DNA of 64,000 nt, from positions 221,573 to 285,572 of the IMG/VR virus record IMGVR_UViG_3300021520_000002, one strand, 5' to 3'. A program made the translations under genes and the position numbers. Position 1 is the first letter of the stretch. Each line of letters begins with the position of its first letter. The notes beneath the pieces were generated by a model. That model saw only the letters and a program-made list of their open reading frames with translations, was not told the DNA's origin and ran no database searches. This document shows, in pieces, positions 49,755 to 58,986 of this stretch.

Positions 49755-50540
49755 ATGAATGTAACAATAGAAAATATTTACTTAATCAAAACAACATTAT
49801 CAAGAATTATAACTATGTTAGAAAATGAAAGAAATTTATCTATTAGAGATTCACACGCATTAGTTAGAGATCTTAAAATTATTGAATCAGAATTTGGAAT
49901 GATTGAAGAGACTAAAAACAAGATAATCAACAAATATTCAATTTCACAAGGTAGTACTGAACCTAATATACCTCTAGAAAATATGAGAGAATATCAAAGA
50001 GAATTCAAAGAGTTATTAAGTACTGTTATGGATCTTAATTTAATGACTTTTGATATTGCTGTTTTTAAATATGCTAAATTTTTATCACCATTAGATATAA
50101 AAAGTCTAAGTCCTTTAATTAATAATTTTAAAAATAGTCTAGTCCCATCTAAACCCATAAAGGTTGTGTTTGGACAGATAAGAGAATCAAAAGTATTCTT
50201 TGAAAAAATTGTTTTTGGAAATTTTGATTTCATATCTTCTATGAAGTTTTTTCAGATAATAGAAGAAACAGATAGATATCAAAACTCAATTGAACAACAT
50301 AGATTAAATTTAATTGATTCAATTTTAAGAGGACTTCCAGAATTAACTGAAGAAACTCCTAAAGATGTTAAAGATAAAATTTTAGAAAAGAGAAATGAAT
50401 TTAATATGAAATTTACAGACTATTTATTACAAGAAATTGAAATTAATATTCCATCATTTTCTCTTGAAGAGTTTGAAAGATTAAATATAAAAGTTTCACC
50501 ATTAGAATATTATAATCTGGATTATATGATGGAGAATTAA
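49755..50540 (+). CDS. DUF1617-like protein, tandem duplicated domain (possible fibre chaperone)
   Basis: two copies of the E..(K/R)..(I/L)I..EF..(L/Y)L..EIE helical pattern; paralog of 58178 and 55061. Confidence 0.55.
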   Translation: MNVTIENIYLIKTTLSRIITMLENERNLSIRDSHALVRDLKIIESEFGMIEETKNKIINKYSISQGSTEPNIPLENMREYQREFKELLSTVMDLNLMTFDIAVFKYAKFLSPLDIKSLSPLINNFKNSLVPSKPIKVVFGQIRESKVFFEKIVFGNFDFISSMKFFQIIEETDRYQNSIEQHRLNLIDSILRGLPELTEETPKDVKDKILEKRNEFNMKFTDYLLQEIEINIPSFSLEEFERLNIKVSPLEYYNLDYMMEN

Positions 50541-50568
50541 ATATTTAAAGAATTAAATGGAGGAAGGT

Positions 50569-53500
50569 ATGGCAGATCAAGCAACTCCAATTCAAGAACG
50601 ATATATTGATCCTTATATGCAAAGAATTTTTGATTATGACACTACAGATTCGAGAGTATTTATATCACGGGTAACAAATCTATTACTTAAATCTGTTGGG
50701 AATAATATTGTTTTATTCGGACTCGAGCCAATAAATTTAAGACCCACTATTTCAGATCCACCATCATCAATCATATCTGTAGATATCACTTCAGGATTAG
50801 CTATACAAGATTATGTACTTTGTGATAATTTATCTGGAGTTGGGATTGAACCTAATATAACTTTAACTATGGATGTTGCAGGATTAGATGATACAACTGT
50901 TGGTGGTGCATATCTTGGAATTTGGATAAATTATCAATTTTTAGAATCAATGGAATCTAATCCTTTTATTTTAAAAATGTATCATGTAAATTCTGATGGT
51001 TCTGGGGTGAATCCAGCTGGATTTGATCCATTAAAAAATTGTACATTAGTTGCAATTTTAGGTTTTACAAAAATAGGTGGTGTTGTTACTGACGTGTGGA
51101 GTTTACCAGCAGTAGTTGATTATCAACATTGGCCTACTTTATTAGTTGGTTCAACAACTTATTATTTAAGAGGTTGGGAAAATTCAAATCTTAATACTAA
51201 TGAAATTATAAGATATGTATGTGGTGAAGAAGGATATGTTAAAGGTCCAGATATAGTAGTTGATGGAAGTATAGCTTTATTCGATGGAACAACAGGTCAA
51301 ATTATTAAAGACAGTGGGTTAACTCCAGTTTTTGGAGATGTATATGGACCAACAGGTTCTACAACAGGACATATTGCTATATTTGATGATAACACTGGTA
51401 AATTATTAGCTGATGGTGGATTAGTACCAGATGGAGATGTGATCGGTCCTAGTTCATCTGTTACTGGAAATTTAGCTATTTTTGGAGATACATCAGGAAA
51501 GTTAATTTCAGATGGTGGTTCAATACCAACTGGAGATGTAGTTGGTCCAATGGGATCAGTTGCAGGACACTTGGCAGTATTTGATGATGTAACAGGTAAA
51601 GTAATTTCAGATGGTGGACCAGTTCCAGTTAGTGTTGGAGATGTGGTTGGACCAGTAGGTGGAGCAGATGATAGTCATTTAGTTTTATTTGATGGATTAA
51701 CTGGAAAATTGATTAAAGATGGTGGTCCAGTTCCATCTGGTTTAGGAGATGTTATTGGTCCTACAGGTTGTACTCCAGGAAATTTAGCTGTATTTAATGA
51801 TGCGACTGGTAAGATATTAGCTGATGGTGGATCATTACCTATTTTTGGTGATGTTGTTGGTCCTGCATCATCTAGTGATGGTAATTTAGTTTTATTTGAT
51901 GGAATATCTGGTAAATTAGTTAAAGATGGTGGTGCAATGCCAATTGGAGATGTAGTTGGACCAGCGGCAGCAACCCCAGGAAATTTAGCTGTATTTAGTG
52001 ATATAACTGGTAAAGTATTAGTTGATGGTGGAGCATTACCAGTTAGTCTTGGAGATGTGGTTGGACCTGGTGTGGCTATTAGTGATCATATTGTTTTATT
52101 TAGTGGAACAACTGGTAAACTAATAAAAGATGGTGGAGCACTACCAGCTGGTTTAGGAGATGTAGTTGGACCAGCAACTGCTATATCAGGACATTTAGCT
52201 GTATTTAGTGGAACAACTGGTAAATTAATAGTTGATGGTGGGGCTGTACCATCTGGTTTAACTAGACTTATACCAGATCAATCTGCTGGTGTTCTTCCTG
52301 CAAGTACTGTTCGAGGAACTGATGGACTTTATTATCGTTGTAGGGTCGCACATTCAGCTCTTGCCGCTAATCGGCCGATAACTGGTGCTGCATTAGATAC
52401 AATAACTCTTAAACCTGAATGGAAAAAGTATTGGGATGTTGATTCATCTCTTACAACAGCTCCAACTTGGGTTTCTGGAACATATTATGTAACAAATATG
52501 GATTCAATTTTTGATTTAACTACTGGAAATACTTTTATTCATTTAAAGAAATATGGTGCAACTATTGATCCATATAATACTTTCTGTTCAACATTTTATG
52601 ATGGTTCAGATGATATACATACTAAGTTAGTTGTTGGTGATATAAATATTCTGGGAACTAATAGAAGTTATAATTATACATTTATTCATCTTGGTCCACA
52701 TTCAAATAAAGATAATGTTGAAGATGTTTATAAAGGTGACACAGGATTAATGGTTTGGAATCATCCTGATCCAACAAAATTAGAAGATTGGTTTCGTTGG
52801 TATCAGAGTGGTATAATAGTTGAAAATCAAAATTATACAACAGTACAATATCACCAAAATTTTGGTTTACAAGCTTGGTCTACAGAAGCTGGTCAGTCTG
52901 AAGTTAAAGGAACTGATAATAATGAAACTGGTTATAGATGTATTTTAACACATGTTGCTGCAACAAATAATAGACCAACTACTGGTACATATTGGGCAAC
53001 ATATTGGGAAGTTGGTGGTGGGTGTGGTCAAAATCAGTGGGTTTCAGGAACAACATATCAAGCTAAAGGAACTGCTCGTGGAGATTCTTATGGTGTTTAT
53101 GGTATGGCCGCTGGTTATGGTACAGAAGGAAATTATACAGGTGTATTAGGTGATTCTTGGTATCTTGGTGGTTCATATGCATATCCAAAAGGTGTATATA
53201 CTGCTCCTGAAGTAAATGGTTGGAATGCTAATAGAATGGCCATAGGTGTTGCTGGTAGAACTAGAATTTATCAAGATGGTTGGGAAGCTCATGATGGAAC
53301 AGTTCCAGTAACTACAGGTTCTATGTATGCATTTTACGCTCACGCCGCTATTGGTGGACAATATAAATATTCTTTTTATGGTAAAGATCAACTTTATATA
53401 GAAAAAACTTATGAAGCGGTTTATCCACAGAATTCAGCAATATATAGTGTTTATCAATCAAACTTTTCAGCTTCATCAGAAAATTCAAGTATATCAGGAT

Positions 53501-54879
53501 TTATATCAAATAATCCTTCTGAAGTGTTTGTTAATGATGGTGATAGGTATGGTAATGTTGGTGGAACTTTTACATGGATAAGACGTACATTATCTGTTTT
53601 TGCACAGACAGGTTCATATCCAACTAGTTATATTAATGCAGCGGCAAGCGCGTCTAATCAATATGCTGAACTTCCAGTATTAAGCGCTCCAATGCAAACT
53701 GGACATACTTATAAAATATTAGTTGATGTTGCTAGTATAGTATCAACATGGACTATAAGATCTTTTGATGGTACACAAACTATTGGAACAATATCAGCAA
53801 ATGGAAGTTTTCGATTTGATTGGACATGTTTAAGTACAAATTCAGTTATTGGTTTAGATATAATGAGAGAAGGAAAAGGAGAATATGGGGCTGGAGGTAC
53901 ATTATCTGCTAGTGGAGGTGGAGGTTCTGGTTTTACTGGAACTTATACTGTGTCTGGTGGTAATATTTCATCTGTCACAATAACAAATTCTGGATCTGGT
54001 TATACTTCTATACCAACTATTGTATTATCTGGTGGTGGTAGTGCAGTAATAACTGCTAGAGTTTCACCAGGTGGATTTCGTATAGTATCTGGTTCAAGTT
54101 CATCTCGAGCTCAATTTTCTAATTTTTCTAGTAAAGAAGTTGTTACAGCAGTATCAACATCAGTAATGTCTGGTGTTAAAGGTTCTGTTACAGATGGTGT
54201 TGATAATTCACATCATATGGTTGGAGTAAAAGGTAGTTGTATTTCTATAGCTGAAAATTATCCATCTTTACAATTACAAGGTGTTTATGGTAATACTCAG
54301 TGGAGTGGATCAACAACAGTTTTAGGAAGTGATGGTATTACTGTTTATAGATGTAAATTATCTCATGTATCAGCAACAATTAATAGACCATATTCTGGAG
54401 CAAATTGGGCAACATATTGGGAAACAGAAACTACTCCAGGAACAGGTGCTGTTGCATGGGTATTAGGTAGAAGATATGTTGTTTATGGTCCTGCTTTAGT
54501 TACAGGTATTCAAGCATCTACAAAAGTTTATCAAGTTGATGGAGCAACAGCTAATAGTTCTTATCGTAGCTGTAATATTGCAGCTGCATTTTATGCTGAA
54601 CCATGTATTGGTGGATCGGCAAAATATTCACTTGTTGGTTATGATCCTATAAAAATATATGATTATGAAGGTTATCCAGCTGGAACACAATCGGTATCAA
54701 TAACTGGTAAACGTGTAGCTCCTGCAGCAGCTGTGGTAGGGAGTGTAGTAGGTACTGGACCTGGTCAAAATGCTGGATGGATTAAAGCTGTTATTACACC
54801 AGGAGATGGACCAGCACCAGGTGTTGCCGTTAATGGGTGGATACCATATTGGACAACTGTTTCTCCCACTGGACCTTAA
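50569..54879 (+). CDS. tail-fibre protein, paralog of 42976 gene
   Basis: MADQxTPxQERYIDPYMQRIFD N-terminus; ten GDVxGP...FDGxTGKLIxDGG repeats; CBM-like modules; GWIPYW end. Confidence 0.75.
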   Translation: MADQATPIQERYIDPYMQRIFDYDTTDSRVFISRVTNLLLKSVGNNIVLFGLEPINLRPTISDPPSSIISVDITSGLAIQDYVLCDNLSGVGIEPNITLTMDVAGLDDTTVGGAYLGIWINYQFLESMESNPFILKMYHVNSDGSGVNPAGFDPLKNCTLVAILGFTKIGGVVTDVWSLPAVVDYQHWPTLLVGSTTYYLRGWENSNLNTNEIIRYVCGEEGYVKGPDIVVDGSIALFDGTTGQIIKDSGLTPVFGDVYGPTGSTTGHIAIFDDNTGKLLADGGLVPDGDVIGPSSSVTGNLAIFGDTSGKLISDGGSIPTGDVVGPMGSVAGHLAVFDDVTGKVISDGGPVPVSVGDVVGPVGGADDSHLVLFDGLTGKLIKDGGPVPSGLGDVIGPTGCTPGNLAVFNDATGKILADGGSLPIFGDVVGPASSSDGNLVLFDGISGKLVKDGGAMPIGDVVGPAAATPGNLAVFSDITGKVLVDGGALPVSLGDVVGPGVAISDHIVLFSGTTGKLIKDGGALPAGLGDVVGPATAISGHLAVFSGTTGKLIVDGGAVPSGLTRLIPDQSAGVLPASTVRGTDGLYYRCRVAHSALAANRPITGAALDTITLKPEWKKYWDVDSSLTTAPTWVSGTYYVTNMDSIFDLTTGNTFIHLKKYGATIDPYNTFCSTFYDGSDDIHTKLVVGDINILGTNRSYNYTFIHLGPHSNKDNVEDVYKGDTGLMVWNHPDPTKLEDWFRWYQSGIIVENQNYTTVQYHQNFGLQAWSTEAGQSEVKGTDNNETGYRCILTHVAATNNRPTTGTYWATYWEVGGGCGQNQWVSGTTYQAKGTARGDSYGVYGMAAGYGTEGNYTGVLGDSWYLGGSYAYPKGVYTAPEVNGWNANRMAIGVAGRTRIYQDGWEAHDGTVPVTTGSMYAFYAHAAIGGQYKYSFYGKDQLYIEKTYEAVYPQNSAIYSVYQSNFSASSENSSISGFISNNPSEVFVNDGDRYGNVGGTFTWIRRTLSVFAQTGSYPTSYINAAASASNQYAELPVLSAPMQTGHTYKILVDVASIVSTWTIRSFDGTQTIGTISANGSFRFDWTCLSTNSVIGLDIMREGKGEYGAGGTLSASGGGGSGFTGTYTVSGGNISSVTITNSGSGYTSIPTIVLSGGGSAVITARVSPGGFRIVSGSSSSRAQFSNFSSKEVVTAVSTSVMSGVKGSVTDGVDNSHHMVGVKGSCISIAENYPSLQLQGVYGNTQWSGSTTVLGSDGITVYRCKLSHVSATINRPYSGANWATYWETETTPGTGAVAWVLGRRYVVYGPALVTGIQASTKVYQVDGATANSSYRSCNIAAAFYAEPCIGGSAKYSLVGYDPIKIYDYEGYPAGTQSVSITGKRVAPAAAVVGSVVGTGPGQNAGWIKAVITPGDGPAPGVAVNGWIPYWTTVSPTGP
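51235..52245 (+). repeat. ten tandem ~33-35-aa GDVVGP fibre repeats
   Basis: visible in translation. Confidence 0.85.
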
Positions 54880-54897
54880 TTGAAAGGAGAAAGTATT

Positions 54898-55038
54898 ATG
54901 GCCGATGAAAAAATTAAACAAGAAAATCCTTCTGATTTAATAAAAAAACATAAAGAATTAGAAGATAGATTAAAAGCTGGATTAAAGAAAAATGATCAAT
55001 TTATTGTTGATTATAAAAAACAAGTAAAAAAGTTGTAA
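54898..55038 (+). CDS. 46-aa hypothetical protein (not in ORF track)
   Basis: SD AAGGAG; MADEKIKQENPSDLIKKHKELEDRLKAGLKKNDQFIVDYKKQVKKL. Confidence 0.6.
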   Translation: MADEKIKQENPSDLIKKHKELEDRLKAGLKKNDQFIVDYKKQVKKL

Positions 55039-55060
55039 ATAGAAAAGGAGAAACAGACAA

Positions 55061-55537
55061 ATGGCTACAATTAAAATCTTTGAATTAGAACAAGCAAAAA
55101 ATAGTGTAGAGACTCTTAAGACTTATAAATTAAATACAACACAATGGTATTGGTTGGGTAGAATTTCTCAATTTCTCAACAATGAAATCACCGCTTTTGA
55201 CGAAGCAAATATGGAATTATATAAAAAATATGGACAATATATTGAAGTTGAATCTTATTTATTTACTACACAAAATCTTAATATATTTATTGATCATATT
55301 AGGAGTGATGTGAACAAGATAAATGAGTTAGAAAAGTATGCAAAGAAACATATTGGAAATAATATTTATATAACTCCAGAGAATATGAAAGATTTTAATA
55401 AAGAACAGAAACAATTATTTGAACAAGACATTCAAATACCAATTAAACCTTTAAAAATATCTATTCTTGAAGGAATAGAGGGTCTTACAGGTGTCTCAAG
55501 TTCACTGATGGTGTTTTTTGAAGAGCCATCCGATTAA
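55061..55537 (+). CDS. DUF1617-like protein, single domain
   Basis: YWLGRI..ELYKKYG..ENMKDFNKE..LFEQDIQI. Confidence 0.55.
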   Translation: MATIKIFELEQAKNSVETLKTYKLNTTQWYWLGRISQFLNNEITAFDEANMELYKKYGQYIEVESYLFTTQNLNIFIDHIRSDVNKINELEKYAKKHIGNNIYITPENMKDFNKEQKQLFEQDIQIPIKPLKISILEGIEGLTGVSSSLMVFFEEPSD

Positions 55538-55551
55538 TTAAATATATTTTA

Positions 55552-55579
55552 TTGGAGGAGAATTAAACCTCTCCTCCAA
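55552..55579 (+). terminator. hairpin/terminator
   Basis: TTGGAGGAG/CTCCTCCAA followed by T-rich tract. Confidence 0.55.
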
Positions 55580-55602
55580 CTATTTTTAAATGGAGGAAAT
55601 TT

Positions 55603-58107
55603 ATGAACACTCCACCTGCTGGTGATGATTATAAAAAATTATTACAATATTTTAGTTCTTTAAAAGTATCAGCTCAAGATCAACCAGATTTAACAGTTAA
55701 AGTTTCTGGTGGTATATTTACTAAACAAACATCTAATGGTCTTGAATATATTAATTGTGTTGGTGGAATTTCCCCATCAGTGTCAACACCTGGGCATGGT
55801 AAATCACAAGTTGTTGTTATTACATTAGATGAATCTGGGAATATTGCATTAGTATATGGAATTGAAGAAGTTAGTGATAATCCATCTTTTCCAAACATTT
55901 CAGTACTAAGACTTCCTTTAGCATTTGTGGTTATAAAATCTAGTACTATAAGAATAACTGATGAAATGATTTATGATGTAAGATCTATTTTTAATTCAAG
56001 TCATATTCATAAAAGTTTAACAGATACTAGTGATTTTAATTGTCATCCTATTGATGCAATTACAGGTTTAACTCAAGCACTTATAGACATTCATGGCACA
56101 AGTGGAACTTCAGGTTCATCTGGAAGATCAGGTTCTTCTGGAACAAGTGGAAGATCTGGTTCTTCAGGCACATCTGGAAGTTCTGGTACAAGTGGTTCTT
56201 CAGGTACTTCAGCTTCAAGTGGAACATCAGGTCGTTCTGGTAGTAGTGGAACAAGTGGTTCAAGTGGGACAACAGGTTCTTCTGGAAGTTCTGGAACATC
56301 AGGTTCTTCAGGAAGATCTGGTTCTTCGGGTTCATCTGGTCTTTCTGGAACATCAGGTAGTTCTGGAACAAGTGGAAGATCTGGTTCTTCAGGTACATCT
56401 GGTAGTTCAGGATCGTCAGGAAGTGCAGGAACATCAGGTTCATCTTCTACATCTGGTACATCTGGTAGTTCAGGTTCATCTGGGTCAAGTGGTTCATCAG
56501 GAACAAGTGCTTCATCTGGAACATCAGGTTCTTCTGGAAGTTCAGGTACATCTGGGTCAAGTGGTACAAGTGGTTCATCAGGAAGTTCTGGTTCATCAGG
56601 TTCTTCTGGTAGTTCTGGTACTTCAGGATCATCAGGTACTTCAGGTTCTTCAGGTAGTTCAGGTTCAAGTGGAACATCACCTCCTGGATTCACATCTGGA
56701 ACAGATGGAACAAGTGGTTCAGATGGTACTTCAGGTAGTTCTGGAACAAGTGGGTCTTCAGGATCATCAGGTAGTTCAGGTTCAAGTGGTACATCACCTC
56801 CTGGATTTACATCTGGAACAGATGGAACTTCTGGAACATCTGGAAGTTCTGGTACAAGTGGTTCTTCAGGTCCTCCTGGAACATCAGGTTCTCCTGGAAC
56901 ATCAGGTAGTTCTGGTCCTGCTGGAACATCAGGTAGTTCTGGAACATCTGGTGCTGGTGGTGGTCTTTCAACAATTTGGATTGGTCAAGGAACTGGAACA
57001 TCAGGTGTTAAAATTTCAACAGCGGGAACACTTGGAACAGATGCAGATTCATATTTACATGTTTATAGAACAACTGCTCATCCAGCATATTCAGGAGTTT
57101 CTCGTGGTTGTATTCATGGTGAGTGGACAGCTAATCTTATTGCAGATTCAATTCCATCAGCTGTTAGAGGTTATATTAAAAACAATTCTAATAATACTGG
57201 TAATACAACATATGGACATATGATAGGTTCTTTTGGTTGGGTTGAAGATACTGCAAATGGTGATATTTACGGTCTTGGTGTTGAAGGAAGAGTTGATGCT
57301 GCTGGAAAAGCAATGATGTATAATGGTTTTGAAAGTCAGGTTACTTGGACTGGGGCATCTGGATCATTTGGTAATAATGGAGTTATTGGAGCACAAGGTG
57401 CTTATGGATTTCATGGTATAGTAGCAATACATAATAGTGGTGGAAATGCTATTGCTCCTGGTGGAAATGGTTTAGTATCATTAATTAGACTTGAAAAAGC
57501 AGATTGTTTAGCTAATCCATATGGAGTAGGTCCATATAGTTTTTGGGCAGTTAGTGGTACACCTGCTGGTGCTGCAGCCGCAGCCGCAGATCCAATGAGA
57601 TTAGATTGTAGTAATGGAACTATGGGAATTTTAATTGGCGCTGAATCAACAACACCATATATAAATCTTAGTAATGGAAGTAGTAATGCTTTAGGTGCAA
57701 GTGGATATGGTATAAGATATAGTGCTGGTGTAGTACAACTTAGAAATAGTGGTGGTTCTTGGGCAAATATAACATCAAGTTCTGATATTAATCTTAAAGA
57801 AAATATCACACCAATATCTAGTCAAATAGATGTTTTTGAAGCAGCAAAATCTATCAATGGTGTCTATTTTGATTGGAGAAAAGATATTGAATTTGCACAA
57901 GGTTATGGTGATAAAAGAACGATGGGTGTTTTAGCTCAAGAAGTTGAAAAAGTTTTGCCAGAACTTGTTAGTGAAATAGGTAATGGATATAAGTCTTTTA
58001 ATTATGATGGTTTAACAGCCTTTTTGTTAGAAGTTAATAAGAGACTTATTGATGAGTTAGAAGATTTAAGAACAGAAGTGAATTTGTTAAAGGACAAAAT
58101 AAAATAA
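55603..58107 (+). CDS. tail fibre with Gly-Ser/Thr triplet shaft and C-terminal peptidase S74 intramolecular chaperone
   Basis: Gly every third residue 56095-56964; SSDINLKENI..GVYFDW..GVLAQEVEKVLPELV..coiled coil. Confidence 0.85.
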   Translation: MNTPPAGDDYKKLLQYFSSLKVSAQDQPDLTVKVSGGIFTKQTSNGLEYINCVGGISPSVSTPGHGKSQVVVITLDESGNIALVYGIEEVSDNPSFPNISVLRLPLAFVVIKSSTIRITDEMIYDVRSIFNSSHIHKSLTDTSDFNCHPIDAITGLTQALIDIHGTSGTSGSSGRSGSSGTSGRSGSSGTSGSSGTSGSSGTSASSGTSGRSGSSGTSGSSGTTGSSGSSGTSGSSGRSGSSGSSGLSGTSGSSGTSGRSGSSGTSGSSGSSGSAGTSGSSSTSGTSGSSGSSGSSGSSGTSASSGTSGSSGSSGTSGSSGTSGSSGSSGSSGSSGSSGTSGSSGTSGSSGSSGSSGTSPPGFTSGTDGTSGSDGTSGSSGTSGSSGSSGSSGSSGTSPPGFTSGTDGTSGTSGSSGTSGSSGPPGTSGSPGTSGSSGPAGTSGSSGTSGAGGGLSTIWIGQGTGTSGVKISTAGTLGTDADSYLHVYRTTAHPAYSGVSRGCIHGEWTANLIADSIPSAVRGYIKNNSNNTGNTTYGHMIGSFGWVEDTANGDIYGLGVEGRVDAAGKAMMYNGFESQVTWTGASGSFGNNGVIGAQGAYGFHGIVAIHNSGGNAIAPGGNGLVSLIRLEKADCLANPYGVGPYSFWAVSGTPAGAAAAAADPMRLDCSNGTMGILIGAESTTPYINLSNGSSNALGASGYGIRYSAGVVQLRNSGGSWANITSSSDINLKENITPISSQIDVFEAAKSINGVYFDWRKDIEFAQGYGDKRTMGVLAQEVEKVLPELVSEIGNGYKSFNYDGLTAFLLEVNKRLIDELEDLRTEVNLLKDKIK

Positions 58108-58116
58108 AAACATTTT

Positions 58117-58150
58117 ATCGGCAAGATCTTGTAATATAGATCTTGCCGAT
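58117..58150. repeat. dispersed palindromic hairpin, copy 10
   Basis: ATCGGCAAGATCT-TGTAATAT-AGATCTTGCCGAT after fibre stop. Confidence 0.95.
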
Positions 58151-58177
58151 AATTTTAAAAGAAGAGAGGAAATATAA

Positions 58178-58942
58178 ATGAACATAAGTTTAGGACAAGT
58201 TTGGATGATCAATCCAATATTGATGAAATTATATCAATTTAAAGATGAATTTGATGTGAAGACAAATTTTAAACTAGGTAGGAATATTAATGTAATTAAT
58301 CCTGAATATAATTTAATTGAACAGACAAGAATATCTCTTATTAAAAAATTAGGTATAATAAATACTAATGAAGCTGGTGAACAGAGTATTGAAGTTCCAG
58401 CAGAGAAGAATCAACAATTTAAAGATGAATTTAATGAATTTCTAAAACAGGAAATAGAACTTAATTTATTACCTTTAGAAATATCTATTTTAAAAAATAT
58501 TAAAGATTTAACATTAACACTTATTGAAGTATTTAATTTTAGACTTTTATTATCTGATTATGATTTAATTCAATTAGTATCAACATCAACAACTTATGGT
58601 CAATTAATTGAAAGTCGACCAGTTATAAATAAATTATTAAATGTTAATATTGAAATTGATACATCATCAAAACTATCTAAAACATTAATAATTTTAAACA
58701 AAATTTTTGATGAAATTGAAGAACATAGAAGACAATTAGCTCAAAATTATAATGTTGTTAATTGGCAACAAGATAATGCGCCGGAAAGAATTATGAATTT
58801 TAATAAAGATTTAAATTTTTATATGACTGAACAAAGAACTATTGAAATTCCAATTATTGATATTGAAAAATTAGCTTTCTTAAAACTTGATCCAATTGAG
58901 TTAGATAGTTTAAGTTACATGTTTGATATATCAACAATTTAA
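58178..58942 (+). CDS. DUF1617-like protein, tandem duplicated domain
   Basis: FKLGRNI..IEQTRISLIKK..FKDEFNEFLKQEIEL, repeated in C-terminal half. Confidence 0.6.
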   Translation: MNISLGQVWMINPILMKLYQFKDEFDVKTNFKLGRNINVINPEYNLIEQTRISLIKKLGIINTNEAGEQSIEVPAEKNQQFKDEFNEFLKQEIELNLLPLEISILKNIKDLTLTLIEVFNFRLLLSDYDLIQLVSTSTTYGQLIESRPVINKLLNVNIEIDTSSKLSKTLIILNKIFDEIEEHRRQLAQNYNVVNWQQDNAPERIMNFNKDLNFYMTEQRTIEIPIIDIEKLAFLKLDPIELDSLSYMFDISTI

Positions 58943-58986
58943 AAAGAAGTTTGTTTTAAATTTAATTAGAGGGAGGTCCTTCAACT

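Noticed and set aside
549-58150. CRISPR array or integron attC array formed by the palindromes
   Set aside because: Copies are kilobases apart and irregular, lack GTTRRRY ends, and no cas or integrase gene is visible.
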